From Phoronis australis (lineage: Eukaryota; Animalia; Phoronida): a stretch of DNA of 64,000 bases. The position numbers were made by a program, and so were the translations under genes. The stretch spans positions 672,722 through 736,721 of the forward strand of contig NMRA01000052.1 of NCBI GenBank assembly GCA_002633005.1. The letters run 5' to 3'. The notes below the pieces were generated by a model. That model was not told the origin of the DNA. It saw only the letters and a list, made by a program, of their open reading frames with translations, and searched no databases. Shown here piece by piece: positions 12,312-25,800 of this stretch (its first letter is position 1; each line of letters starts with the position of its first letter).

Positions 12312-15300
12312 TCAAACTCGCAAGGATCCTGTTTGGAACAACAGCAGAGTCAGAAATGAAACAAAGACAAATAGACTCATGACGTAGTAGGAACGAATGG
12401 GTATTCTAAAGATCTTGGCCTGAAATAAAAAATACAGCTTCACGATGTTAAATGTTAAAATCTTAGGCTTTAAGTCAAAGACATATCAAATGGAAGTTTT
12501 TGAAAACATTTATTATATATTATAATTTTATACAAATGAAGTTTTGCCTAGAAAGCACTATAAAGCATTATAAAATGAAGTCAAAAAGAAATAACAGATT
12601 GTTTTGTACACTGCAGCTAACAAACTTAACATAGTTGACATTCTAAATGACGTGCACAGTTGAATTTTTTTCATTTGATTTATTTACACCAGAGTAACAT
12701 GAACTAATGTAATAAATGTTCTGGTTTTCATGAGTTCATTCACACCAGCCAGTTTTTGACCGTAATCACCAAAAGGAGGTTGTCAATCAATTTTATATAT
12801 TCTCATTGTCTTTGGAAAAAATGGTTTTATTCGAATATTTCTGTTTTCACATGTTCAATACCACAACAGGCACTGGACACGTGTTCTATCAACATCAATG
12901 GGAGACTTTCAAATAGCAGCTTAGTGACTGGTCACATGGGACTGGATACCACAGTGACCTCTACAGGACGAGGAGGCATTTTATAACTTTAATTTGTTTA
13001 GAACACATTCTGTGTAATCACATACACGGTAAAAAGGTGTTTTCACAAAGTCAAACTGTTTGCCTATACTACCTGCTGCGAAGACAAAGTAACTTTTGGT
13101 TCTGCTAGGTGGCACTATGAGTCACCAGTCCCATGTGATCAACCCCATTGCTTCCTGAAAGTCTCCCATTAATGTGATACTTGTCAAGTGTTAGTTTTAG
13201 ATTTTTAATAAATGCTAGATACTGAATGTTTACCAAAAACAACATTCTGTAAGATTTAGATGAAAATATGTTCGCTTTGTGATTAACCCAGTTGACCAGT
13301 ATCCAGTTGAGAGACCAACTGCTCAATCATGCAGTTGTACTTTTACGTAAAATTGTCTTTCATGACTGCAGGACTCAAAACCACAATGGTCACGTTCATG
13401 AAAACTGAATATGGCTTAAAATTCAGTAAAAAAAAAATCACTTTTGTTACATGTTGGCATGATACACTGCAGCAGAGGCTCAAAGTTTACTTAGTTTATT
13501 CAAAGGCAGCTCTACAGTACTAACCAACCTATCATTGTCAACATGGTGAATGCACAGTAGAAAAAAATATTCAGAGGGGTCTCAGATTTTGAGAACCAGT
13601 CTCCTCAACTGAATAACTCATAGTTTTAGGACTTTGATCCCTTACCCGCATATTTAGCCCAGAAGTGAAGAGGAGGAAAGAGTCGAGATCCAGCTGAGAT
13701 GTCTCCTGGTAACCAAAGGGTCGGACACGGATTTCATGACCTAGTTTCTTCAGTGAATTGCACGCTTCAGACAATCGGGCAGCCTATATTGAATGGAAGG
13801 TATGAATGGTAGATATTAAACCATCAACTCTGCATGAAACCAACATTAACGAGGCTTTCATGCACAAAAAAATACCGAAAACATTCAGTCAGACTAATCA
13901 CTTCATTTAAATGGTTAGTTAATTTCTTTTGCCTGTGTTTTTGAAAAAAAAGTTTCGAATTGGATTACAAACCATTCGCAGTTCTTTAAATAGTCACTTT
14001 CCCTGATACCACAGTGCCCTCTATGATAAACTGCGATATTTAACCACAATGCCGTGCATCTCACTATGACATTTGCCCAACCGATGCACACTGCTGCTCT
14101 GTGTGCTAATCACTATAATTTTGAATTAGAGTGATAAAGCCTAGCTGCCCATGTCACTCTGATGCGAATATAGTTTTGCTGCTGCATGGTGAGTTCCCAT
14201 AACACCATCCCCCATTCAAATTTCGCTGCATTCTTTGGAGGTATTAAGATCAACCTGTTAACCGCTCTGTTGTGCATTGGTGTACAAAAGACAAGTCGCC
14301 CCATGGCATAGGTTAAGCATTCATATAGTTACTGGTTGAGAAACGTAAAGTAGTAACTAATACAAAATGGAAAAAATATTGAAAGGCTGAGCGCGGCCTA
14401 ATAAATCGGTCTTCACCTGTCTGACTTCAGGCTCCCTGTGTTAGTGGTTCTAGGTTAAGCATAGAGTGGAATATGGGATGTGGAAATTGTTACCCAAGGG
14501 CGGTGCACCACAGGGGGGCAGGGGGGCTTTAGCTCCCCACTTTTTTCAGTGCTGCGCCGCCCATGTTACCAAAATTAATCCAACAATCTAGTTATGGTCT
14601 GATACCTAAAACAGGATAAGGTTTTCAACGCCATGAGACCTAGTACAGGTGAAAATTCAAATCAAAAACCAAATAAATTTGTGAACTAAAGTGCAAGTTT
14701 CAATTACCCCCATTCTTTGCCAACACTAGAGAGCTAACTGGCTGGGCTGCCAACAGTCCCAAGCACATAGTTTTATGACATGATGAGGTGCCATTAAGGA
14801 TTACATAGGTGACTAAGTAGCCCAAGCAGTTGGACTGAATTCAAAAAACTATTGTGTTCACATTAGTAAACTTTAACCTTCAGATGATCCTCACCCTTTT
14901 TACCACTACTAGATTCCTCATGTGAACAACTAAAGTATCTGTTATTCTCATCTCACTATTGTCACCTGTGAACTTGGTAGCAAAACGTTCTGTGGTTTAG
15001 TACTTAGTATCCAGCATTCACAAATGAATATTCACTCACCAGAATGTTACAACAATCATAGTTCATTTCAAAATTTAACCAGCACAGAAAGTAAAATGCT
15101 GACACAACCCTGGAACAAAATTTAGCAATTACCTGAACAACAGGGGCTGCCAGAGCAATCAACCATCCAAAAATGTCTAAGGCTGTTTGTACGAACATCC
15201 AGATAGTATATTTGAGGGCATTTCCTTGCATGAATCCAATGAAACCTGAAAGCACAAAACTTACATCCTCATAATGGTGACTAGACAGTTAAAAGAAATG

Positions 15301-18300
15301 TCATAGACAGACTATTTGTAGGTGTTTCAAAATGAATGACCTGACCACATTTAAAACAGTAACCCATATGACCATAACAGACACAAATCAATATAAAAAA
15401 GGAAATGCATTTTTTTGTGATTTTTATACTTCAGGCATATGCATTTCATAAACAAGATCTTAACTAACCAGCCAATAGGGGGCATTGAAGTGCAAGCTAA
15501 TTCTCGTATGTAACTGCCGATGACTTCACATGCACGCACCCAGGGAGGGGGGGCTCGAATGAGCAAAGTGGGCAAAAAGGTCCGCCTCAGAGAAACAAAA
15601 ACAAGACGAAAGTCCACTAAAAAGGTAGGAAATGCCAAAATTCAGCAAATACACAATTCATAGCTCTGAATATCTGTAAAAGGTCCACATTCTCAAAAAT
15701 TCGAGCCCCTATTTTTTAGCCTGGGCTGGGAGCCCGCATGCTTCTGTGATGAGCAATGTTGCTATCGCAACAGGGAAACAAAGTTTTGTCCAGTACAAGC
15801 TGAAAGTATTCAGACAAAATGACCCACAATTCCCTATCATGACCCCTAAGCAGAGGCCAAATTCATCATTAGAATAGTCTCCCTTGACGAGTGAGAATAA
15901 AGGGGAATTAACAGGAAAGTAAGTAAGATGGTTACACTATTCTGTGATTAGAATTTTGCTGCTGCAATAGTTATTACCAGTAATTTTTGCTCTTAACAGA
16001 ATTTAAGTCATCGTGAAAGGAAAATGGTATTTTGTCGTCGTACTTTTATCTTGTGCCGTACATGTGTCATCCAGATTGTCAGTATTTGGCTCAAATATCT
16101 GTGCTTTATTATATTTAACATTAACAGCATTTAACTACTGCTTCATGTTGTGCGAATACAGTAATATTTGGCATCAAGGGTATAATAATCTGTGCTGTTG
16201 TTTACACAGACCCACGACAATCCTGATGCATTTGTGACGAGAAAACTTTGTTTACGGGATGGAAACAGTGAATTCTCTTCCCATAATTCAACACTCTAAC
16301 CTCACAAACCAATCATCATTTTGCTAGGATACACCAAATACAAGCATACTTGCTCTCACTAAAGTGACTGCATGGTCTGACGTGATCTTGCATTTTGTAA
16401 ACATTCTTGGGTCTACGAAATGCATCCTTGTCTAGCAGAAACAATCTTATTATCTGTACATCACTAAAAGTTTTCTAACAAAAAATTACCACTAATGAAA
16501 ACTGCTTACCTAAGATTACCATGGCGGCAAAATTAAATAGAACCAGGGACACTGCCGACGACGTGTTAGAGTTGATTGTCTTGAGATACTTTTCCGATTC
16601 ACTTATTTCCTGAAATAGAACGCAACATAAAATTATATAAAACAAATAAAATTACACGCTGATTGTGTAACTCAGCTTGATGTAAATTTGTAACACAAGG
16701 GGACTTTATACTAGCTTGGTTTTCTACTTTGCTGATAAATCACATGACAAACTCTGACAGATCTACGACTTTCAGTCAGTTGTTTTCAACACGATGGATG
16801 TTTTGACAAGAAAACATTTCAATGTGGGTTTAAAAACCATGATCCTCAACTCGGTAGAAACTCTCTGCTGCGACACAAGGAAATTAAGAGGAGTGCGTAG
16901 GAAACTGCTGTGAATGTCAGTCCTTGCATTAGGCACAATTGACAATCAAATGATGTGGGACAGACTGACTTCTCCTAGTCCTGGGAGTAATTTTTGTTTT
17001 TTAAATATGAATAAATAGGATCAAACTGGATTACTGTTTACAGAAGAGATTTCACGTATGTAAAGCAAAACTAAACTTACCGAAAGGACCAAATGCATGA
17101 ATTTGAGAAACCTCACCTTGGAACTTTTGCACTGAGTTAATCCAATAACATCCGAATCGTGCATATCCAATTCAAGTTTTACTCTGTATTCCATAGGCAG
17201 AGGAAGGTAATGTTTACCTTTATGAGAAAAACGTGCACTGAAATTGTCATGCACTGCAACAGGCACCCGGTTACTTTCCTCCCATTTTGTTTACCTTTAT
17301 AGCCTCATTGAGATCAACAGACTTTTCTCTGATCTTCTCTTGTAAACCTCTTATATAGAAGATGAGCAGAGAGCACTGGACACAGTAACTAAGGACAACA
17401 GCCAAGTAAACAATATCCATAGCAATAAAACCCAGCAGCATTAAAGCTATTAAAAAATAGCGTGCACCTGCGGACCTGGAATGATAAAATAGTGTTAACA
17501 CGAATGTATCCCGCACACTGATTGTCATTTGCAGAATTTATGTGTAATAGTTTATGACTGTGTAATGGTAGGGCTTAACCCACTGCACTGATACGTGTAT
17601 AGTGTCTAAGTGAGTGTTGCCGCTAACCCACGTCAACACTCTGCAACTAATGCTGATTAGATCCCAATGACTACGGTCTCCAACTGCACCAACAATACTC
17701 CAACACAAATCAGTCCCACCCTTACAGATTGCATGGACTCTTCTAACTAAATATATAAGTAGAACTAGTTTGTCTCTCAGCCATTTTGTAGATGAATAAT
17801 ACGAAATGTCAACACAAAATTTTTTATATACGCAGAGTTTGAAATTAGTCATGCCGCAATTCACTTCTACAACAAGTTCTTGTGAAAATTGTCTTAGACC
17901 GAGTTTAACTTTTCACAATACTAAATGAAATGTACTAAATGGGTGCCAGCATAGAAACCAATATGCTTAGAGTATTGCAAGTTTAAAACTCACGTCGGGT
18001 CCATCCATGTGAATGTAAAGGTCTTGATATCAGTCACAATATCTAAAAGCATGGTGAGAAAACAGAAGCCCAGCCAACCAATCCCAACAAAGAGTAGCCA
18101 CCTGCAAGGAATTGTGGAAATAAAAATATCCACAAAGCAGATTCCACTAAAAAATCCATTTATCTCAGAAAAGTAAAATTATACAAAAACAAGTTACTAC
18201 AAGCATTGGGTGATTTAATTTGTAACTTGAAGCCAGGTTCATAGCTTGAAGTTAAATACAGAAAATTTAGCTTAAATTCACAATCATATGGCGTCAGTTG

Positions 18301-21300
18301 AAAATGACACTAAATGCGAAGGAGTATTCTCATCAAATATGAACATGACCAACAGTTAAAAAATGAACAAGTAACAACAGTTTTAAGGCACAATGTTTTT
18401 GGCAAAACACTGAACTAAATGTAAAAAATATGGTATGAACATACCTTAAATTTTTTATTAATCTTGACTGGGACAGGTATCCACTGTGTGTTGCAGATGA
18501 CTTAAGAAAGACCTAGTAAAAATAATACACATCATTATTGTCTAAATTATTCATAACTGGGTGCTTTAGTGTTCCAAGTTCAAAGTGCTTGTTCCGTGTA
18601 ACGTATACCTGGCATGTGGTGTACTACTTAAAAGAGGGTTAACTGCCATTTCCTTAATTACAGAGTACAACAAAAAATTTTGATAAAACTTCAGCAGGTC
18701 AAAGATAACTTAACAAGCTTTATGAGGTGATCCCCCATTCAAATTTCACTACATTCTTTGAGGGTATTAAGATCACTCGAATCCGGATACGTAGTGTTCA
18801 ACTATTTGATGATGTACGTAAGTCAAGTCATTCAAGTCTCCAGTGGGGAAATGAAATGTAGAGCCTAATGCTCTATTCAAATAATTAAAGAGAAACTTTT
18901 CTTTTAAAGCATCAATTAGTGAGCATGATTCTACTACTGAACAATGGATTTACAAAACTGATAAATAGTTCTTTCCAAGAAAAACACGAGTCATGAAGCC
19001 AACAAACCGTTTCCATGAGAACTACTAGTTGTTCGTTGTTCGAGATTCGAAGCAGGATGAATGAGTAGATGTAAGCAGCAGAGTGCAGCAGATCTGGGAT
19101 GATGTACTGGCTGATCACGTTGTGTTGGCATTCCTCAAAATATGGTGTGTCAGTCGTCAAAGTCATGGTGGCATTCATAGGGTTGATGGGAACAATGGGA
19201 ACCACCTAGAAAGCAAGTATAAGACTAAAAAGAAGAATTACAGAAGCCGTTAACAGAGATTAAACACCACAACTGTGATTACTCTGGACTTTCTGCAACC
19301 ACACAATTAGCACCCATGTCTCACAACCAACCCCTGCAGATGAGCTTTTGAACAAGGCAATGGACGCTAAGAGATGTCCTTATGTTCCATTGCTCACCAG
19401 ACAGATATTGTACCTAAGAAGAAGGTTCTTTGTTGCAGAAGGTGCTAAAGAAAATTGTGACTATTAAGGAAAAAAACCAAAAGTTCCATCAAGACAAAAA
19501 TGAAAATACAATTTAGACAAGAGACTGATCGAGACAGATGGCATTTTGAATATTTATATCAAAAGAAATTTGGTGACATTATTAATCCCATTGTTTTGCG
19601 TGTCGTTAAAAGTCATGGTCACCTGACCCAATCAGCCACAGATTCGTAAAAATGTAATCATTTAATTCTACGATTTCTATGTATACTTTCAGAAAATACA
19701 CTTTTATTGAGTTCAATATTAAGTTTGAACACTATGGACCCATCATCTCATTGTGTCAATAAAATGCCAAATCAATGAGCCGAGCTGGCTTACCAATGGC
19801 AACATAGCTCTGTCACGTCTGAAGCAAGCAGCATATTGAAGAATATAAGCCATTATGATAAGAAGGACAACGAAGAGCAGATAAGCAATGTTGATTATCT
19901 TCTTCCACCATGACGGGCCAGTGTCTTCAGGAAGTAGGGGTCGCCAACCAAGCTGCAATCAGAAACCACTTTAGAGAACAATGCAAGGCATTGAAAAGAG
20001 ACCGCAATTGCACCACAAACGGTTCAGTTCTACTGGTAATCAGTATCATACAAATGGCCACAAGGTAGCGCAGAGTATGTCGAACCCATCCATTCTGGTG
20101 AGTATGTCCAAAGCAATAACGGCCGAGCAGACCTTTCTCAAGCATAGAAAACATTTCTACTCAAAGTAAGGAACAAAATACCAGACCAAATTTTACAACA
20201 GCTAGTAAAAGGCCTAAATCAAAAGTTTTTTTGGCAGTTAAAAGATGCATAAGAACAATCTAAACCTTCTGAACGATATTATGACCAACAATTTTTATTG
20301 GAGCTCACCATTCGGAGAAGTCTTAAGTAAGGTAGAAACACTTTTTGTTTGCAGACATGCAGAGAGACTGTCACAGGATTATCAATAGGGGGCAATTTGT
20401 CTGGCTCAGGTATCTGAAAAGATTCGTAGAATTAAGCATGAGATTAAACCAAGGAACTGTACTGTATCATTAGCCAGGGTATTCTGGATCACATTATGAT
20501 ATAGTTTCACATAAGTAATATAAGTCGTGATGTCAATGTAAATACAAACTTAGTTAATATTCAATATGAGCGATTATTTTGGGCTTGGTGGGGGTAACAA
20601 GTCCGCATAGTGGCCTAGGATACTGGAGTGTAGTAAATCATGAGATGGTATCGTTCACACAATAAGCCTTAAATTGGCATGCAAGGTCAGTGAAAGCTGT
20701 TCTTTGTGACACGGGTTTTAGTCATACAGCTGGCCAAATTAGACTGCGTAACTTTTCAGTTTAACAAAGACTTATGGTCCAGGCTTAGGAGATAATTGGT
20801 TTATTACCCCCCCTACATTCTGAATAGCTGAGCCCTAGAATGAATTGTGAAGGTGAGTGAGCCTTTTCCCTTCCCTTTTCTTGTACCCTCATAATAAATT
20901 TATGACCAAATCCTATATATGAGTGTTGTTCAACTTTGTTTCGTATTATATATTGTCATTTATATTGCAAGAATATGCAATTGAGGATACCCATAACCTG
21001 CCATATTCACCAATATGATTTCTGTGTAAATAAATTAAAAAAGCAAAATTAACCAGGGTTCATTTTCGTATGTTCTCCATGCCATTGGCGCATTAAAATT
21101 TCTGGTGGAATATTGTTATGACTGAACATTGTAACTGTACTTGTGAATTGACACAGATTCTGGGAAAAATCAGCATTTTTCTACATGGAGTATGCATTAC
21201 CACGACAGATGATTCTCTTCAAAAAGTCTTAAAATTCAAAATCTTTCAACATGAAGATTCACAGGTACCAACTGTTAGACCAACTGACACTTTGCAACAT

Positions 21301-22482
21301 TACATCAGTTTACGGCATACATATCACAAAGTATCCATTACCTGAATACCAAGAAATGTGCCATGTTCTACAGTATTAAATGGCAAGCCATTTGGTCTTC
21401 TGAACTGATGCAGACGTCTAGATGATCGTATCTCATCAATTTCTTCCTTGAACTCTTCGTCAGCTGATGAATGGCTTTCGTTGGTCGAATAGCGATGATG
21501 TTGGAAACTATAAGGGCTGAGAAGCTGAAAAATAAATGATATCCGATGCTGCTATAAACCTGCCTATCATCAAAGAATCAAACTTCTGGTAAATATCACC
21601 ATGTCATGAACACGTCCTTTAAAAAGAATCCTTCAGTAAAACTGGTCTTATCCACATTCTTTCAGGCAAAGCTTCTACTATGAGTCAGTGGTGCATAATT
21701 AGCTAATAAGCCATGCTGGAAACTACTTTCCAATGAATAGCTCAAGGCTTAGGTTTTTGTTGACAATCGGTTTTCATGTCTCAAAAATTATAGGAAAAAC
21801 AAAGTCTGGATCCTTTCAAGCCTTAATTCTTGATCTGATAAGATACAATATTATAATTACCCTCACTATATGTGACCTATAGTGAAACGAATAGGGCAAC
21901 TGTAATGATGACTAGCCCCGTATTGAGACTGCAATGTGGATTAAGAACAGGGTCTAGCTAGTAGCTATGTAGGAAATTCAAAAGATTTCTCCAAATTGAT
22001 TTCTATCTCGTTTAAATAGGACGTTTAAACCTAGCATGGAACTCGTATTTCGAGTCTTTACTATCTTGATTTTTTCCTATAGTTTGTAGCTTGAACGTAG
22101 TGCTGATCATCAATTGAAAACTTGGAACAAGCCGTTGTCCACCTAAACCATGCACCCAGAACAGAAGAGTAGACATGTATCTTTAATTCACTCAAATAGA
22201 ACAGAAATTGTAAAAAATGTTTTCGAGTTAGATTACAAGCGAGTACAAAGATTAGACCTCAAGCCCAGAACACCAAAAAGCCTCATTTTCAGACTCCAAC
22301 AGACACAACCTGGACTTTCGTGTTTTATAGTCTGAGGACACGATGTCACAATGGCACCAGACAGTCTATGAATGGCACGCAGTACTACCCAGTATTAGTA
22401 AGTTGTGTTCCTTGCCAAGCTGACATGCCAAGTTTGGCCAACTTACACGGTCATTTTCAGAAGGTTCCGAGGATGTGGCCAT
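12312..22482 (-). CDS. Gustatory receptor-like (GRL/7TMIC, GrlHz-like) multi-pass membrane protein, paralogue 2; complete, 12 exons, 498 aa
   Basis: Exons (-): 22447-22482 (MATSSEPSENDR), 21342-21524, 20309-20413 (..LHVCKQKVFLPYLRLLRM), 19794-19952 (LGWRPLL..), 19008-19205, 18445-18512, 17994-18101, 17295-17475, 16510-16609, 15133-15245, 13646-13783 (AARLSEAC..FGYQETSQLDLDSFLLF..R), 12312-12419 (AKIFRIPIRSYY..LLLFQTGSLRV*). All are GT-AG and phases chain to 1497 nt with no internal stop. About 7 hydrophobic segments and a TM7 motif ..LLLFQT. Confidence 0.85.
12875..13192. repeat. Degenerate inverted repeat (old MITE) in the last intron of GRL paralogue 2
   Basis: AATGGGAGACTTTCA..TCACATGGGACTGG (about 12898-12946) is mirrored by CCAGTCCCATGTGA..TGAAAGTCTCCCATT (about 13125-13170). 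Confidence 0.65.
15528..15741 (+). mobile_element. Dispersed MITE-like repeat; second copy at 38314-38577
   Basis: Both copies share GCACGCA(C/A)CCAGGG..GGTC(C/T)GCCTCAGAGAAACAAAAAC..AAGTCCACTAAA..AAAATTCGAG..CCTATTTTTT..CTGGG..CGCATG. Confidence 0.7.
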
Positions 22483-22812
22483 AATTCTACACTTCCAGTT
22501 CGGTATTTCAAAACATACTAAATCTCCCAAAAACTAATTTTTAACATGGTTGGGTGGCGTTGTGTACAGCCTCAGCCAGAAAAACCTTTCAAGAGGAGCC
22601 AGTTTCCTTGTTTACTGACTTATCTCGTGACAGTCATGTGACAAGATGTCGTAAAAACTCCAAAATCACAAATTCAAGACTTTTGTCTTGGTATTAGAGA
22701 CGCTAAATGGATTAAATATGGTTTTTGAAAGTATGAATTTGAGCAATTGCATTTTCATTACATTCTTTGCGACTTCACTTTGCGACTTACAAATGTCCGA
22801 AAAGTAGCTAAT
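22483..22812. promoter_or_regulatory. Putative bidirectional promoter shared by GRL paralogue 2 and MMGT1
   Basis: Only 330 bp separates the two divergent ATGs. Contains GTCATGTGAC (M-box/CLEAR-like E-box) at 22633-22642. Confidence 0.7.
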
Positions 22813-25800
22813 ATGGCAGACTCGGTAGACAAGATGTGTGTAGGATTTGGTCTAATTATTCTGTTACACGCAGCTTATTCAGCCGCTCAACGTACGTATA
22901 AATCCATGATTTACCACGATTACAACTACTCGAAACTTCTAGGATGTAATAGTTTATAGTTTTGAGTGCCAGGCCAAGTTAATACCAAGTCTGAAAAATA
23001 CTTTAGTTTACGACTGCTCTACGCCGCCGTACTAGGGCTACAGACACTAGCTAGAGACAGCCTACACAGACAGTACCTCTGCCAGAAGCTCTGGCAACGC
23101 TATTTACCTCGCTAGAAAAGCAAGACTGCGAGCGATATTGTCGTGTATTTTCAATGAGAGCATGTGGTTTTCATGATTTTGGCAAGATTTTTCTGGGCTC
23201 GAGGAAGCTACTGAACCCCTGTTGTTACGGCGGTGCTTCTTACCCCGGAAACTTTAACTTCGGTGAATTATACCTCACATTGATTAAACCATTAAAGTCA
23301 CGTAACTTTAAGTACCTTTTGCACATAGAGGGACACCTTAGGAAGCTACCAATGTCTTTAATTCAAATAGTCTCATAATCAAACCTTTTTCGAGCAGTTC
23401 TTTGTTCAGTTACCCAAGTCGCCAACACTTCACACACCAGGAGACACGTCAAGTCTTCCGGTGTATGAAGTGCCTATGGGAGCATCACATCTCTGCTGCT
23501 AAGTGCTAAGTAGAGGTGGTGCAGGGTCTAAACTGTACCCGGCTGTGCTTGAACTAGGCAGTGACCACCGTCGCTAGTTAAACTACAGATGGTGGAGCTC
23601 CTATAGGCGCTTCATATGCCGGAAACTTTTCAGCGAATTATGTCTCATACTGACTAAAACATCAAAGTCACGTTGTTTTAAATACGGTTTGCACGTAGAG
23701 GGACATCTTAGGAGGCTGTCGATGTATTTAATTCCTTCCAACGTGACGTAATACTCCCGTTATCAAACTTTTTCTTCTAGCAGTTCCTCAACAAGTTCCC
23801 AAAATCGGTAACTCGTCCTTTTTACACCGCGCATGCCAGGGGATATGACGTTATATCACCTGCTGTGCAGTGTTAAAAATGGCGAGTTACCAATTTTGGG
23901 AACTGAACGAGAGACTGCTCGAAAAAAAATTTGATAACAGAGTATTTCGTCGAGTTGGAAGGAATTAAATACGTCAAGGGCCTCCTAAGGTGTCCCTCTA
24001 TGCGCAAAAGGTACTTATAACAATGTGACTTTGATTTTTTAATCAGTGTGAGGCATAATTTGCCGAAAAGCTTCCAGCGTATGAAGCGCCTATTAATAGG
24101 AGCTCCACCGTCTGTAGTTAAACTAGGCGGTGATCACTGTCTATGCTTGAACTTGTAATTGACCTATCGCAAGCTCCACCCCTTGCAAAATATCGACAAA
24201 CAAACACTAAGTTTAACCCGGCAACGTGTTGTTTGTCGGGTGAAATGTCGGCTTGGAAACGAAGGTGTGTCAAGAATGCTGCATTCTGATTGATTGGTTA
24301 AACCGTTACTCAAAATCCTGGCGATAGGTCAGTTTCTGCTTGCTCTCAAGATCATGCATTCGTGAAGTTGGAATATCCGAGGAAACTTGGCAAGTTAACT
24401 CAAATAATCATGATCACGGTGGTAAAAATTTGCTCTACGCTAAAGCTTATCACATGTTAATAAAGTAATTAATGTAAATTTTGACCAACATTTGTTGTCT
24501 TTTTTCAAGTATAGTAGTGTTAGTGATCATATTCTCTTGAATTCACCAGTTCTGGTAAAGGAGTAAGTGGGTAATCGTGTGGCCAATAATTACAAAAATT
24601 ATTCACTCTCAACAAAAATTTTACCTGATTGCTTTGGTGAATGTTCAATTCCAAGTTCACGCCAACCCGATCTTGAGAGTCACGATTTCGTCGATGAAAT
24701 TTGCTGAGCCATTCTTGTTGTGATTGCACTTCGCATGTAAAGTTTTAATCACATAGAGGTCAACCTCCATAACCTTAGAAGTGAGCCAATTGTTGACACA
24801 CTGATGGTTATCTGAATTCGCTATTGCTTACCTACCAGGGTTGCTTTTCTTGTACCCAAGTCCTAAGTAAAATGGCATTTGTCCAGTATTTTGTTGATGA
24901 TTTACTGAAAACACTTACTGTAAAGAAATCTTAATTACCAGGGTATTTATTCGTGTTGGAATGAGTAAATACACCATTGGCCTTCAAAGGTGTCATTCTA
25001 TGCTTAAAAGGTACTTCTAATGCTAGCAATGTGACTCTGAAGGTTTACCCAGTGTTAGGTGTTAGGCATTTATTATAAGTTAATAACAGCTTTTGGGTTA
25101 TTGAGGGCTTATAGGATAGTCAGAATATAGTACTGCCTAATTGAGCCAGTGGCTGAACAAAGCTGCATAAAACACAGGTTTGGGCCTTTTGTGGCTTAGA
25201 AGCAAAATCCCATGGTAATTTAGAAGATTAAAAAATTTATTGTGTAGTGGAATTGGCTGGGTGATAATTTAGATCAAGGTGGATTTAAGTTAAACTTGTT
25301 GATTTTTTAAATTGTGACGAGAAGTAAAATCTCTAAACTTGTTGTTGATGAAGAAATTCAGAAATAGTTCAGCATCGCCGAATTTAGTTTAAAAGGTTTA
25401 TAGCTCCAGCTACTTTGCTGAGATGTTGGCTGATCTTTTCACTGTCATCCATCTTTAATCAGTATTGCGATTTAATATTTCTTTTTACCAGTTTCGCCCA
25501 TTTATTCACGAAATCAAGAGTGTAGTCTTTTAAATTTTATTTTTAAACAGTTCTTAGATGAATTTGTATCCAACTTTATAAAATAATTGAAACTTTGAGT
25601 GTTAGGAACAGCCACCTGTCTAAAAATCGTCATCACCTAGTATGTGTTATGGAAGTTTGATTGTAAAACTTTCAGGATGAATTTATGGATTGACCAAACT
25701 TTTTGTCATTTTTCAAAGCTAATGATCTTGTATCTTTTACAGACCGGTCATATTTGAGATTAACAGAGCAAGAATTTCACCATTTGCCATTAGATGTAAG

